Origin: a virus
Taxonomy: Duplodnaviria > Caudoviricetes
DNA length: 50,599 bases
IMG/VR virus record: IMGVR_UViG_3300029179_000003
Coordinates: 1-50,599 of that record
Reading direction: 5' to 3' (one strand)
The position numbers and the translations under genes were made by a program. Under the pieces are notes generated by a model that saw nothing but the letters and a program-made list of their open reading frames with translations, searched no databases and had not been told where the DNA came from. Every line of letters starts with the position of its first letter. Positions within the stretch are counted from its first letter, which is position 1. Below, one piece after another: positions 1 through 9,216 of this stretch.

Positions 1-17
1 GTTTCCCAGTCACGATC
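1..17 (+). other. Random-amplification (round A/B, SISPA-type) primer sequence, library artefact
   Basis: GTTTCCCAGTCACGATC is the known primer B sequence. Its exact reverse complement is at the other end. Confidence 0.93.
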
Positions 18-18
18 G

Positions 19-2445
19 GGATGGGAAAGCAAGGGTGGTATAGGAGGGTTCTTCAGGAAGATCACTGGCGGGGTTGATTCGATACTTGGAACTAACTTCT
101 CTAAGTTATTGCCGCCAGAGCCGACAACTCAGGTTGCTACAAAAATTGTAACACCAGCCGTGGAAGTACAGCAAACCGTCAGCGATACAATGCTGACTGT
201 AGCGGACAACATTGCAGAGTTGTTAGAGGATGATTCAACAAACGAGTTGCTATCCAGCATCGAAAGCGAACTATGTGATATCAAGCTCGCATTGGTAGAT
301 CCAGCAAATCTAGGTGCGTTCGCCGAAGATCAGATTGTAGAAGCTCAGATGTTTGCCAGCGAGAACATGATTCAAGTGTTGACCAACACTGGTATTGGTA
401 CAGAAGGTGTAGAGAACGTCCTTACTGAGGACATGATGGAAGATTGGATGGCTGACATGCAAGGCACTGTAGAAGATATCAGTGTCGATGTACTAAGTCC
501 AGCCGAGCGAGTAGTAGAGAAACAACAGACAAGCCTGGATCAGATATCCAAGGTGATTGATAATGCTACGGGCATGTTCAAAGTCTCACAAGAGGTTGGC
601 GATGTAGTCATGGATGAACTCGACATCCCATCCCAAGAAGTATGTGTGTATATGGAAGACGAAGGTGAAGGTGACTTCGCCGGGGATCTCAACGACGCAC
701 TTGGGGACGTGGATGTGAACGCTGAGTTCATGGGCGAGGACATGGACCCTGTTGTAGAGCTTCTATCTGACATCTTGATGGTGTTGATGGGAGTAGATTT
801 GATGGATCAGATCCCTATGATGGGAGATCTATTTGCTCAGGCTCCTGAGTTCGGGGCACCGGACCCAGATGAGTTCTTCAGCATGATGTCCAAGAACACG
901 TTCGGTATGGATGTTGGCGAGTTGAACGCCATGATGGATACACTACCGCAGGATCAGCAAGACGCTATCATGGGTGCTTTGGCCCCATTTGAGGTAGACA
1001 GAAAGAAAGTCGGCGTAGCCGGTGCCATGAACATGGGTGCCTTCGACCCAGGTGCAATTCAGGACGCCTTCATGGGTGTCGCCGACGTGCAGGAGAAGCA
1101 GATGTTGCTGGGTCTTGGCGATCAGGACAACATGTATAGGGAGTTCGGTACAGAGGCTCTAGAGCAGCAAATGGTTGCCCTGGACGAGGACGGGCCACTA
1201 GAGGTTATCATAGTTGGCAAGGGAGGCGAGAGACGAGAAGAGAGGAGTCCATTCGGGCTTGTCGGAAGTAGCATCGAGAAGGTGATGAGCAGCTTCACGG
1301 GAAATAGTCTAACAAGTCTCGTGAGTAGCGGCATAGATACCCTCAGCAACATATTCGGTAGCTCTGAAGAGAGAAGCAGCACATTCAGCGAAGCTAATAG
1401 CAACGGCATAGTGAGTGTGTTTGACAGGATGGCAAGCAGCTTCACAGGCTCAAACAACTCAGTTAGTTCGATGATGCAGAATCTCGGTTTGTTCTCAAGT
1501 TCTCAAATTGAGGATGCTAGAGAGAATGCCGACACGAACACTATATCGAGTATGTTCAGCAGCATCGCCGAATCAGTGCTGCCTGCACCATTGGCTCAAA
1601 CCCTATCCTCCGCATTGGGCGCACAGGACACGGGAGAAAGACGCACTGGTAGCTCTATGTTGAATATGGGTCTGTTCGATCCAGGCAACATCGGCAACCT
1701 CTCGTCGTCTTACATTGAGTCCTTCATGAACTCATCTACGGCTAACTCTGACTCCACCAGCAATGTACTATCTCGCTTTTTCGGAAGGGGCGGCGATCTA
1801 CAAAGTGCTTTTGATAGCATAACATCTGAGATATCTTCTAACTTTGGTACATCCAACGCCACAAGAAGTCTTTACCTCACAGAGGGAGAAGAATACGGTA
1901 GCAGCTTGGTAAGCAAGGTAATGAGCTTCTTCGATTCCAGAAGTGAGGAATCTAGTTCCTCGCAGAAGGGTGCCGCCAGCACAAGCAACGCCTTCAACTA
2001 CAACGAAGATGGCAGCATAGGCAGTGGCATCATCAGTTCTCTATCAAGTGCATTTACCTCTATCTTCATGCCAAAGGGTCAGGCATCGACATCGATGTTC
2101 AGCCCGGAGACTACTGAAGAGTACGTTGCCCAGCAAGTATACGGTAGCAAGCCACAAGGCGCTACGAGCTTGATTCCTGGCATGGACGGCATTCTCCAGT
2201 ACCTATCTGGCGACCACGATAAGAAGATGGAAGAGTTGGTAGAAGTAATGACGATCTTGAAGGACCACCTCATGAAGAACGGCCCGTCCGAGATCTTGAT
2301 GGCCGACAATACCAAGGGTGTGCCATCTACTGATAGGTCCGGCATTAGGAATTGGGCTAAGGGCAGGATCAGCGGCCAGTGGACTAGCGATCAGGATAAC
2401 GCATATCAGGATCAGCAGAACGCTGGTGGCGATGGTATGACATAA
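19..2445 (+). CDS. 5'-truncated large virion protein, probably the C-terminal part of the tape measure protein
   Basis: The frame is open from the window edge (GWESKGGIGGFFRKITGG...), so TTG109 is not the true start. The protein is acidic/Met-rich, then Ser-rich, and lies immediately upstream of the tube-initiator and baseplate genes. The call is positional. Confidence 0.55.
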   Translation, partial: GWESKGGIGGFFRKITGGVDSILGTNFSKLLPPEPTTQVATKIVTPAVEVQQTVSDTMLTVADNIAELLEDDSTNELLSSIESELCDIKLALVDPANLGAFAEDQIVEAQMFASENMIQVLTNTGIGTEGVENVLTEDMMEDWMADMQGTVEDISVDVLSPAERVVEKQQTSLDQISKVIDNATGMFKVSQEVGDVVMDELDIPSQEVCVYMEDEGEGDFAGDLNDALGDVDVNAEFMGEDMDPVVELLSDILMVLMGVDLMDQIPMMGDLFAQAPEFGAPDPDEFFSMMSKNTFGMDVGELNAMMDTLPQDQQDAIMGALAPFEVDRKKVGVAGAMNMGAFDPGAIQDAFMGVADVQEKQMLLGLGDQDNMYREFGTEALEQQMVALDEDGPLEVIIVGKGGERREERSPFGLVGSSIEKVMSSFTGNSLTSLVSSGIDTLSNIFGSSEERSSTFSEANSNGIVSVFDRMASSFTGSNNSVSSMMQNLGLFSSSQIEDARENADTNTISSMFSSIAESVLPAPLAQTLSSALGAQDTGERRTGSSMLNMGLFDPGNIGNLSSSYIESFMNSSTANSDSTSNVLSRFFGRGGDLQSAFDSITSEISSNFGTSNATRSLYLTEGEEYGSSLVSKVMSFFDSRSEESSSSQKGAASTSNAFNYNEDGSIGSGIISSLSSAFTSIFMPKGQASTSMFSPETTEEYVAQQVYGSKPQGATSLIPGMDGILQYLSGDHDKKMEELVEVMTILKDHLMKNGPSEILMADNTKGVPSTDRSGIRNWAKGRISGQWTSDQDNAYQDQQNAGGDGMT

Positions 2446-2456
2446 CAGGAGATTAA

Positions 2457-2990
2457 ATGCCAAAGGCAACATTACCTAATGGAGATCTACGCAAGCTAGA
2501 GAATGCATATGTTATCATTCCCAACTACGGTACGATTTATTTCTACAATCTACCGGAGTTGGGGGATAGTAAGAGTGCTTCTTACAATACAGACGGTATC
2601 ATCGGTAGATCTTCACCAATTCACACGTATTCACACTCTGATACAAGACAGATATCGGTTCAGTTTCACTTCTTCGTATTGACAGAAGATGACATTGACT
2701 ACAATCTAGACTCTTTAAGAGCAATTCAAAGCTGTGTGTATCCAAGACAGGGCGAGCAAGGTGCGCCATTCAAACCGCCAGTTGTGTGTCGTTTGAAGGT
2801 TGGTGAGCTTCTTGGTGATACCGACTTGTGTGTTGTTCTACAACAGTATTCAGTTAAGTTCCCAACCGAAGTGGCTTGGGACGAAGACACATATCTTCCT
2901 TATAAGTTTGATATTGATACAACTTGGTGGGTAGTTTACAACTCTAGCGCCTTGCCTTATCAAAGCAACATTATCCAATCAGGAAGGTAA
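2457..2990 (+). CDS. Baseplate-tail tube initiator / tube-fold protein (gp48/gp54 or CIS-tube-like)
   Basis: AGGAG RBS. The IIGRSSPIHTY...RQISVQFHF and PPVVCRLKVG pattern is typical of this fold. It lies between the tape-measure-like and gp53-like genes. Confidence 0.65.
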   Translation: MPKATLPNGDLRKLENAYVIIPNYGTIYFYNLPELGDSKSASYNTDGIIGRSSPIHTYSHSDTRQISVQFHFFVLTEDDIDYNLDSLRAIQSCVYPRQGEQGAPFKPPVVCRLKVGELLGDTDLCVVLQQYSVKFPTEVAWDEDTYLPYKFDIDTTWWVVYNSSALPYQSNIIQSGR

Positions 2991-2991
2991 T

Positions 2992-3312
2992 ATGACAATT
3001 CCAATTACTTACACAAACACCAGACCAGAGAGAATGGTTTCGGGGTTCAGTCGATACGTTAATCAGAATGTAATCTACTATGGAGAGAACAAGTTCATCA
3101 CTTTTGACACATACATTCGTAAGCCATATAAGCCGACTGGCAAAGAAAAGATTATGGTCATTACGAAGGGTGTTGAATATAGGCCCGACTTAGTTTCATA
3201 TGATGTATACGGTATTCCAGATGTTTGGTGGAGAATACTTCAGACAAATGGAATGAAAGACATATGGGAATTCAAAGCCGGCGTAACAATCAGAATACCA
3301 GAGATGATTTAA
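2992..3312 (+). CDS. Baseplate wedge protein, T4 gp53-like (LysM-like)
   Basis: Signature RPDLVSYDVYGxxxxWWRILxxN...G.TIRIP. Confidence 0.85.
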   Translation: MTIPITYTNTRPERMVSGFSRYVNQNVIYYGENKFITFDTYIRKPYKPTGKEKIMVITKGVEYRPDLVSYDVYGIPDVWWRILQTNGMKDIWEFKAGVTIRIPEMI

Positions 3313-3322
3313 GGGGTATTAT

Positions 3323-4951
3323 ATGCCAGCAGCACCACCAGCACCGCAACCGAATCCACCATCAAATAGTGGAAACCTACAGAATGCATCTAATTGCGCA
3401 TGCGAATACTTGACTAAACCGGGGGATTGCGAAGAACTCAAAACTCCACCTCCAGGCTATACTATGTCTGGATGGGTACGCATTACCTTCAAAGGTGGAG
3501 GGCAGATGATTACTGTAGGTAATGACTCTGCTCCCGGTTTGAAAAACCACTCCTGTATCAAGGACTTTGAGTTCGGCCACGCTAATGGTTGTGAGTGCCG
3601 TGTGACCATCCATGACGAGCAAGGTAGCAGCTTTGTTAGTTTTATGGACAACATTCTCAAGGATATGGACGATGCCAATGCCCAGAACGGCACAAATATG
3701 GAAGTCGAGTATGGCTGGGTAACAACGAATTGTGATACCGGAGCTACGATCAATGTTCGCAAATCACAGAAGTTTTACTTCATGATGCGTGACATTAACT
3801 GTAACTTTGCCGGCGGCAAGTTCATGTATCAGATTACTGGCACAGACATTACTGAAGTTGCTTGGGAAGGTAAAGTTGATAAGATATATGGTGGAGATGG
3901 TGATTTAGCTATTCACTTGACTGAAGCTCTAACGCAATTATTCACCGATGCTAGTGTTAAGCCTACTGTATCTAGTGTTAAGTTCCTAAAGAGAGGACGG
4001 TGTGATGCCGGACCTACGCCGGTTGAATTTCTTAGGGGAGATCCACAAAAGGGATTGAAAAGCAAGTGGGAAACAGGACAGAGAACCAAGTTGGACGCAG
4101 CTAAAGAATGGTTGAAGAATAACCCAACCAAGGATGGTAAGGCATTGAAACCAGCTTACAATAGTGAAATTGATGGTGGCGAACTAATCTTCTGGGAAGA
4201 CACAAAACCTCAGTGTGGAGAAAACATTGATTGGGATTCCTATTCATTGGGAAGATATGTTGTAAATGGTGGGCAGTACAGTAGTGTTTTGGAGTTCAAC
4301 CCTAAGATTAAGTGGAATTTTAGCACTATGACAAATACTGGCGGCGGTGTATCTAATGGTCAACCACTTGCTAACACATCTGATGGCGGTCACAACCCAG
4401 GTTTGCCTGATTGCCCAACATTACGTAGAAGTTCAATACCGACTGCTGGTTCTCAAACATCTGTGGCTCCTAGCCCAGCGTTAGTGGATTCTGTTGGAAC
4501 TAGAGATGCTGCTCGACTTTCGCAAGATGACCAAGCCAGACAGATGCGTGCTTTCTCGATCTTCTACCAACCAATTGAAGCGGAGTTAGTTGTTCTAGGC
4601 GACGAGAAGATAGTTAAACCTTCTTTGTGCTTGTTTAGAAACATACATATCGTTTTCATCAACCCATACTTCATCTTTGAAGCTGAGCCTGAAGAAGATC
4701 CTGAAACTGGAGATATGGTTGATCAGAGCGATGATTGTGGGGATTGGTTAGCTAGACCGACTTGTAATCCTGTTCTTAGCAATAAAGCATGGCTTGTAAG
4801 AAACATCACTCACAGAATACAAGACGGTAAGTTTACAACGAGTTTCAGTGTTTACTTGGCGGCCCCCGGTGTTGAGTTGGATGACGGTACAGCACTAGGC
4901 GGTGGCGGATCTTGCGGTTGGACCCCAGGATCGGGAGCGATGGGAGCATAA
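3323..4951 (+). CDS. Baseplate hub protein (gp27/GpD-like)
   Basis: Lies between the gp53-like and gp5-like genes. C-terminal AELVVLGD...WLVRNITHRIQDGKFTT pattern of hub proteins. Confidence 0.7.
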   Translation: MPAAPPAPQPNPPSNSGNLQNASNCACEYLTKPGDCEELKTPPPGYTMSGWVRITFKGGGQMITVGNDSAPGLKNHSCIKDFEFGHANGCECRVTIHDEQGSSFVSFMDNILKDMDDANAQNGTNMEVEYGWVTTNCDTGATINVRKSQKFYFMMRDINCNFAGGKFMYQITGTDITEVAWEGKVDKIYGGDGDLAIHLTEALTQLFTDASVKPTVSSVKFLKRGRCDAGPTPVEFLRGDPQKGLKSKWETGQRTKLDAAKEWLKNNPTKDGKALKPAYNSEIDGGELIFWEDTKPQCGENIDWDSYSLGRYVVNGGQYSSVLEFNPKIKWNFSTMTNTGGGVSNGQPLANTSDGGHNPGLPDCPTLRRSSIPTAGSQTSVAPSPALVDSVGTRDAARLSQDDQARQMRAFSIFYQPIEAELVVLGDEKIVKPSLCLFRNIHIVFINPYFIFEAEPEEDPETGDMVDQSDDCGDWLARPTCNPVLSNKAWLVRNITHRIQDGKFTTSFSVYLAAPGVELDDGTALGGGGSCGWTPGSGAMGA

Positions 4952-4952
4952 T

Positions 4953-7220
4953 ATGAGTAAGAAAACCGGAAAGATATCTTTGTCAAGTTATATCCAAACA
5001 TTGAACCAAAAGGTTCAAGCTTTGGAACATATGATCAGCGAGATGGGTCTTGATGTTAGGGCGTCTAAGAAAAACAGATTCCCAAGAAAGACACAACCCG
5101 TAGCTTTGAATAATTTGACTAGAGGATTATGTATTGAAACAATCGACCCTCTGAAAGAGGGCCGAGTGCGATTCTATCATCCTTTGATTCACCACCCACA
5201 AACGCCCGTCAAGGCTCTGCCTTTTGCTAAACCTATATCTTCTATGGGGGGTTTTGATGATTGTGGTCTTTTCTGGGTTCCACCAGCAGGGTCCACTCTA
5301 TGTCTACTTTTTGAAAGTGGCAACAGAGATCAACCATTTTATATTGGCACTACTTGGCATCGTTATCGTGGTCCTGGCGGTAATAAGTTCGGATTTCCAA
5401 TTCCAGAATACACCGCTGTCTCCAGTGGGCATAGGACTGGATATTTGTTGGGGGATGATGATGAATCACAAGTTCTCCCACAATGGAACACAGAGAATTA
5501 CAATAGCAAAGATTTTGACTCTACAGCGGAATTCATTAAAGATATAAATGATCAGAAGAGAGCAACATATCCAAACATTTATGGCTTCAAGACCCCAGAG
5601 AAGCACATGGTCAAGATGGTGGATGGTAACGCTAAGTGTAATAGAAGATGGAAGAGAATGGAGTTCCTTTCCGGTTGTGGTAACTGGATGATCTTCAAGG
5701 ACGATCACATGCACTATGGCGGTCAATGGGCACACCCTAGTTGTCCACCTGATCCTAGCGGGTCTGATCTAGCATTATGTTCTACGCATGCTGGTGCATT
5801 GCCATACTTTACGGACTTCCACGGCAAGCCGATTGAGCGACAGAGTAACTGTACGGACCCGATTCTGGGTGGACATCCAAGTACGCCAGACCTTCTACAG
5901 AATGGCAAGACGAAGTACGTGAAGTCACAGAAGGGATCTAACCCATACTTCAAGCACAAGAACGAGTGCCGACCTTATCGAGGGCCGGGAACGCCACAGA
6001 ATAACAAGTGCGACCTACCACAGTCGGGCGTGCAGATCTTGTCCATTGGTGGACATTCTCTAGTATTCGATGATTCGGTAGAGGAGCCACGGGGCAAGCC
6101 AGAATGGGAGAGATCCCTACAGCCATTCGATTTCGGCTGCAATGACAAGTGCGTTGGTAGGGTTTACATCAAGAGCATGACCGGCCATAAGTTTGAGATG
6201 AGTGATGTTGAAGAACAAACCAAACTTCGTGGCAAACAGAACTACATTGAATTGAGGAGTGCTGCCGGTAATTGGTTCCAGATGAACGATCATACTGAGG
6301 GAACCAAGGACACGCCATGTCCGCCGAACTATGCCGGACAGCAGAGAGGTATTCACATGATGAGTACCTCCAGACACGAGATCAACCTATGCGACTGGAT
6401 GAACAAGCAGTGTAGCCCACCGAGAACAGAGGGTGGCACACCGGACAACAACGCAACAGAGGCGTATGTTCAGGTTAAGTCTGGCTATGGTATGGAGATG
6501 CGATTCCAAGACGAGAAGTCTCAGAGGGAGACACAGAGTCAGTGGATTCAGATTACGAACCCTCAATGTGCCAACCCGGAGACGGATACGAAGTGCAACA
6601 AGAGGGGCGCTCACTTCATGCGGTTCCAGGCAAGGCCGAACGGACAGCCGGGCGTTATCTTCTTGAGGGCTGGAGGACACGCTATTCGTGCTACCTATGA
6701 CAAGGACATTGTGTTAGTTGGAGATAAGGAAAACAACCCATCGGATAAGTTCACGTATGTATCGCAGATGAATGTGCATGCTACTGAAAAGATAGATTTC
6801 CGTTACGCTGGCGACCTACATATCATGTTTGCCGAAGAGAAGATCCTATTGCTGGCCGGTAGAGATTGCCCACCGAAACCACCTAAGAAATGTTGCGGCC
6901 CTTGCGTCTATCCTGTGATTGTCGGCAAGTGCCCTGTTACATGTTGGTACACTGGTATTGCTCACTTCTCAATTGACTCGATGAGTGAACGTGTCTTCGC
7001 ATCTGCCAAGAACGAGAACGATCCAACGTGCCACGGTATCTGTCCTCCTGGCGGCTTACCTAAGCCATGTAAAGAGACGGAAGAGAACATCCAGATCGAC
7101 ACGGGTGCTGGTATTGTGACGATCCAGGGCGAGAGTAATGGAGCGTCGGGTACGGATTCGGCAAACGATAGCGTGAACGATACGGGTCAGCTATCGGCTG
7201 GTACATCGGCGGCTGGATAA
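4953..7220 (+). CDS. Baseplate central spike, gp5/VgrG-like with N-terminal OB fold
   Basis: DPLKEGRVR...WVPPAGSTLCLLFESGNRDQPFYIG OB-fold motif, plus beta-helix-type repeats (GHSLVFDD, GHKFEMSD, GNWFQMND). ATG at 4953 follows the upstream stop, so it is preferred over 4902. Confidence 0.85.
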   Translation: MSKKTGKISLSSYIQTLNQKVQALEHMISEMGLDVRASKKNRFPRKTQPVALNNLTRGLCIETIDPLKEGRVRFYHPLIHHPQTPVKALPFAKPISSMGGFDDCGLFWVPPAGSTLCLLFESGNRDQPFYIGTTWHRYRGPGGNKFGFPIPEYTAVSSGHRTGYLLGDDDESQVLPQWNTENYNSKDFDSTAEFIKDINDQKRATYPNIYGFKTPEKHMVKMVDGNAKCNRRWKRMEFLSGCGNWMIFKDDHMHYGGQWAHPSCPPDPSGSDLALCSTHAGALPYFTDFHGKPIERQSNCTDPILGGHPSTPDLLQNGKTKYVKSQKGSNPYFKHKNECRPYRGPGTPQNNKCDLPQSGVQILSIGGHSLVFDDSVEEPRGKPEWERSLQPFDFGCNDKCVGRVYIKSMTGHKFEMSDVEEQTKLRGKQNYIELRSAAGNWFQMNDHTEGTKDTPCPPNYAGQQRGIHMMSTSRHEINLCDWMNKQCSPPRTEGGTPDNNATEAYVQVKSGYGMEMRFQDEKSQRETQSQWIQITNPQCANPETDTKCNKRGAHFMRFQARPNGQPGVIFLRAGGHAIRATYDKDIVLVGDKENNPSDKFTYVSQMNVHATEKIDFRYAGDLHIMFAEEKILLLAGRDCPPKPPKKCCGPCVYPVIVGKCPVTCWYTGIAHFSIDSMSERVFASAKNENDPTCHGICPPGGLPKPCKETEENIQIDTGAGIVTIQGESNGASGTDSANDSVNDTGQLSAGTSAAG

Positions 7221-7230
7221 GGAGTAGGTA

Positions 7231-7665
7231 ATGCCAAGTAAGAAACGATTTATAGGATGTCAGTACCCTTGGATCAAGACTCCAAGGGGTATCCTGGCAC
7301 AGAAGAAGGATGTCGAGCAAATCAAGGCAGATCTTCTACAACTATTGCTGACGAACCCTGGTGAGCGAGTTATGCTGCCAGAGTTCGGCACTCCGTTGAG
7401 GAAGCTGATCTTTGAGCCTAATGATCCAATCCTAGAACTTGAGGCCCGTAACGTGATAGTGAAATCTATTGCTCGTTGGGAACCAAGAGTAGAGATTCAG
7501 AATGTAGTCGTCTCATCTATAGTAAGAGAGGACTTCTTAGATCGGTATGATGATGGCTCGGAGGCCGATCATGTATTGAGTATCACCATTAGTTTCTTCG
7601 ATCCTTTAGACATTAGTGAGATCCAAGAACTGAAATTAGTAGTCCCAATTGGAGGAGGACAATGA
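7231..7665 (+). CDS. Baseplate wedge / sheath initiator, gp25-like (GPW_gp25)
   Basis: LLLTNPGERVMLPEFGTPL...FEP...I.RWEPRV signature. Confidence 0.93.
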   Translation: MPSKKRFIGCQYPWIKTPRGILAQKKDVEQIKADLLQLLLTNPGERVMLPEFGTPLRKLIFEPNDPILELEARNVIVKSIARWEPRVEIQNVVVSSIVREDFLDRYDDGSEADHVLSITISFFDPLDISEIQELKLVVPIGGGQ

Positions 7666-9215
7666 CAAACAACTGCCCATTTGACGTAAATCCATATGAT
7701 CAATCGAAGCTGATTAAGAACCCTAATCTAATCAACATCAACTATACAAATCAGGACTTCTGGTCAATGAAGGCTCGTTTGGTAGACTTCATCAAACAGA
7801 AGTTTGGCGATGACTTCAATGACTTCGTTGAGTCCAGTATTGCCATTATGTTGATCGAGAATTGGGCGTTCATCGCAGATACTTTGTCTTTCAAGATTGA
7901 CCAAATAGCCAATGAGATCTTCATAGATACCGTATCTGAGGTAGACAATGCCTTCCGGCTTGCTATCCTTGTAGGGTTCCGGCCCACGCCGCCGATCTCA
8001 TCTCGCTCGCTGTGGTCCGCAACAATCAATAACCTATTGGATACTGATTTAACTATCCCGACTCCGGTTCCTGTAGATATCAGCACTGAAGCCGGTCCAA
8101 GGACTATCGAGTTGTTTGCTGCCGACTCCACGAACAACCCCGTCTTCGGCGATGACATCGTTGTCACTTCTGGTAACTTCATCAACACCAATATCATTGG
8201 GTTGGAAGGTCTTACTAGAACCCAGAGCGAGACGGCGGACGGCTCCATCAACCAGTTCTACCAACTGAGCTTCGGGCCAGTTGTATGGAACTCTGTTAGA
8301 GTATCCGTAGATGGCGTCCAGTGGACCCAGGTAGATTACTTCACTGACTCCCAGCCACGCAAAGAGTTCCGTGTGGAGTATGATCCTAACTACAGTGGTT
8401 ATATCATATTCGGCAACAACAGGGCTGGCATGATACCTTCTAACGGGTCACAAATCGAGATGACGTACCGCACGGGCGGTGGTGTGGCCGGAAACATCGT
8501 AACCGGCTCTGTAGAACTACAGAGGAATTTCACGGTTCCAGGGTTCGATTTTAGAACACCTGTGACGTTCCGAAACTATACTAAGGGTGAATTCGGCTAT
8601 GACGGAGATTCCATTGAGGACATCAAGAAGAAGCTGCCACAGTATCTAAGAACACAGAACCGGGCCGTTACCGGAGGCGACTATCAAACTATTGCCAACC
8701 AGTTCCAAACGCCTTACAATGGAAGTATAGGCAAGGCCACGGCTGTCTTGAGAAACTACGGTTGTGCGGCGAACATTGTGGACATATACATCCTGGCAAA
8801 GGACGGCGAACAAGGACTACAAGAAGCATCGAATGATCTGAAGGTGGCTTTGCAGGAAGAGTTCGATATAAAGAAGATGCTGACGGATTACATCTGTATC
8901 AAGGATGGAGTAATCATTGAAGTGGATGTTGTCGTGGATGCGGTACTGGATAAGTTCTACAAGAAGTTTGAAGACGAATTCAGAGAGAGAATCAACAGAA
9001 AGGTCGGCTTGTTCTTCTCATTGAACAATTGGGATTACGGGCAGCCGCTCAAAGCTGTAGACCTTATCAAAGAGATCTCTGACATTAAGGAGATACGAAC
9101 AATTGAGGTGAGTCTGATTACGGAAGACGAGGGGAACTCAGGCGACCTAGTGACTGCCAAGTTCTACCAGATAGTACGTCCTCAGACATTCGAAATCAAT
9201 TTCGTTTACGAGTAA
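7662..9215 (+). CDS. Baseplate wedge subunit, gp6/baseplate J-like
   Basis: NYTNQDF, FNDFVESS, FGNNRAGMIP, YRTGGG and QNRAVTGGDY motifs. Coupled by ATGA to the gp25-like gene. Confidence 0.9.
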   Translation: MTNNCPFDVNPYDQSKLIKNPNLININYTNQDFWSMKARLVDFIKQKFGDDFNDFVESSIAIMLIENWAFIADTLSFKIDQIANEIFIDTVSEVDNAFRLAILVGFRPTPPISSRSLWSATINNLLDTDLTIPTPVPVDISTEAGPRTIELFAADSTNNPVFGDDIVVTSGNFINTNIIGLEGLTRTQSETADGSINQFYQLSFGPVVWNSVRVSVDGVQWTQVDYFTDSQPRKEFRVEYDPNYSGYIIFGNNRAGMIPSNGSQIEMTYRTGGGVAGNIVTGSVELQRNFTVPGFDFRTPVTFRNYTKGEFGYDGDSIEDIKKKLPQYLRTQNRAVTGGDYQTIANQFQTPYNGSIGKATAVLRNYGCAANIVDIYILAKDGEQGLQEASNDLKVALQEEFDIKKMLTDYICIKDGVIIEVDVVVDAVLDKFYKKFEDEFRERINRKVGLFFSLNNWDYGQPLKAVDLIKEISDIKEIRTIEVSLITEDEGNSGDLVTAKFYQIVRPQTFEINFVYE

Positions 9216-9216
9216 T

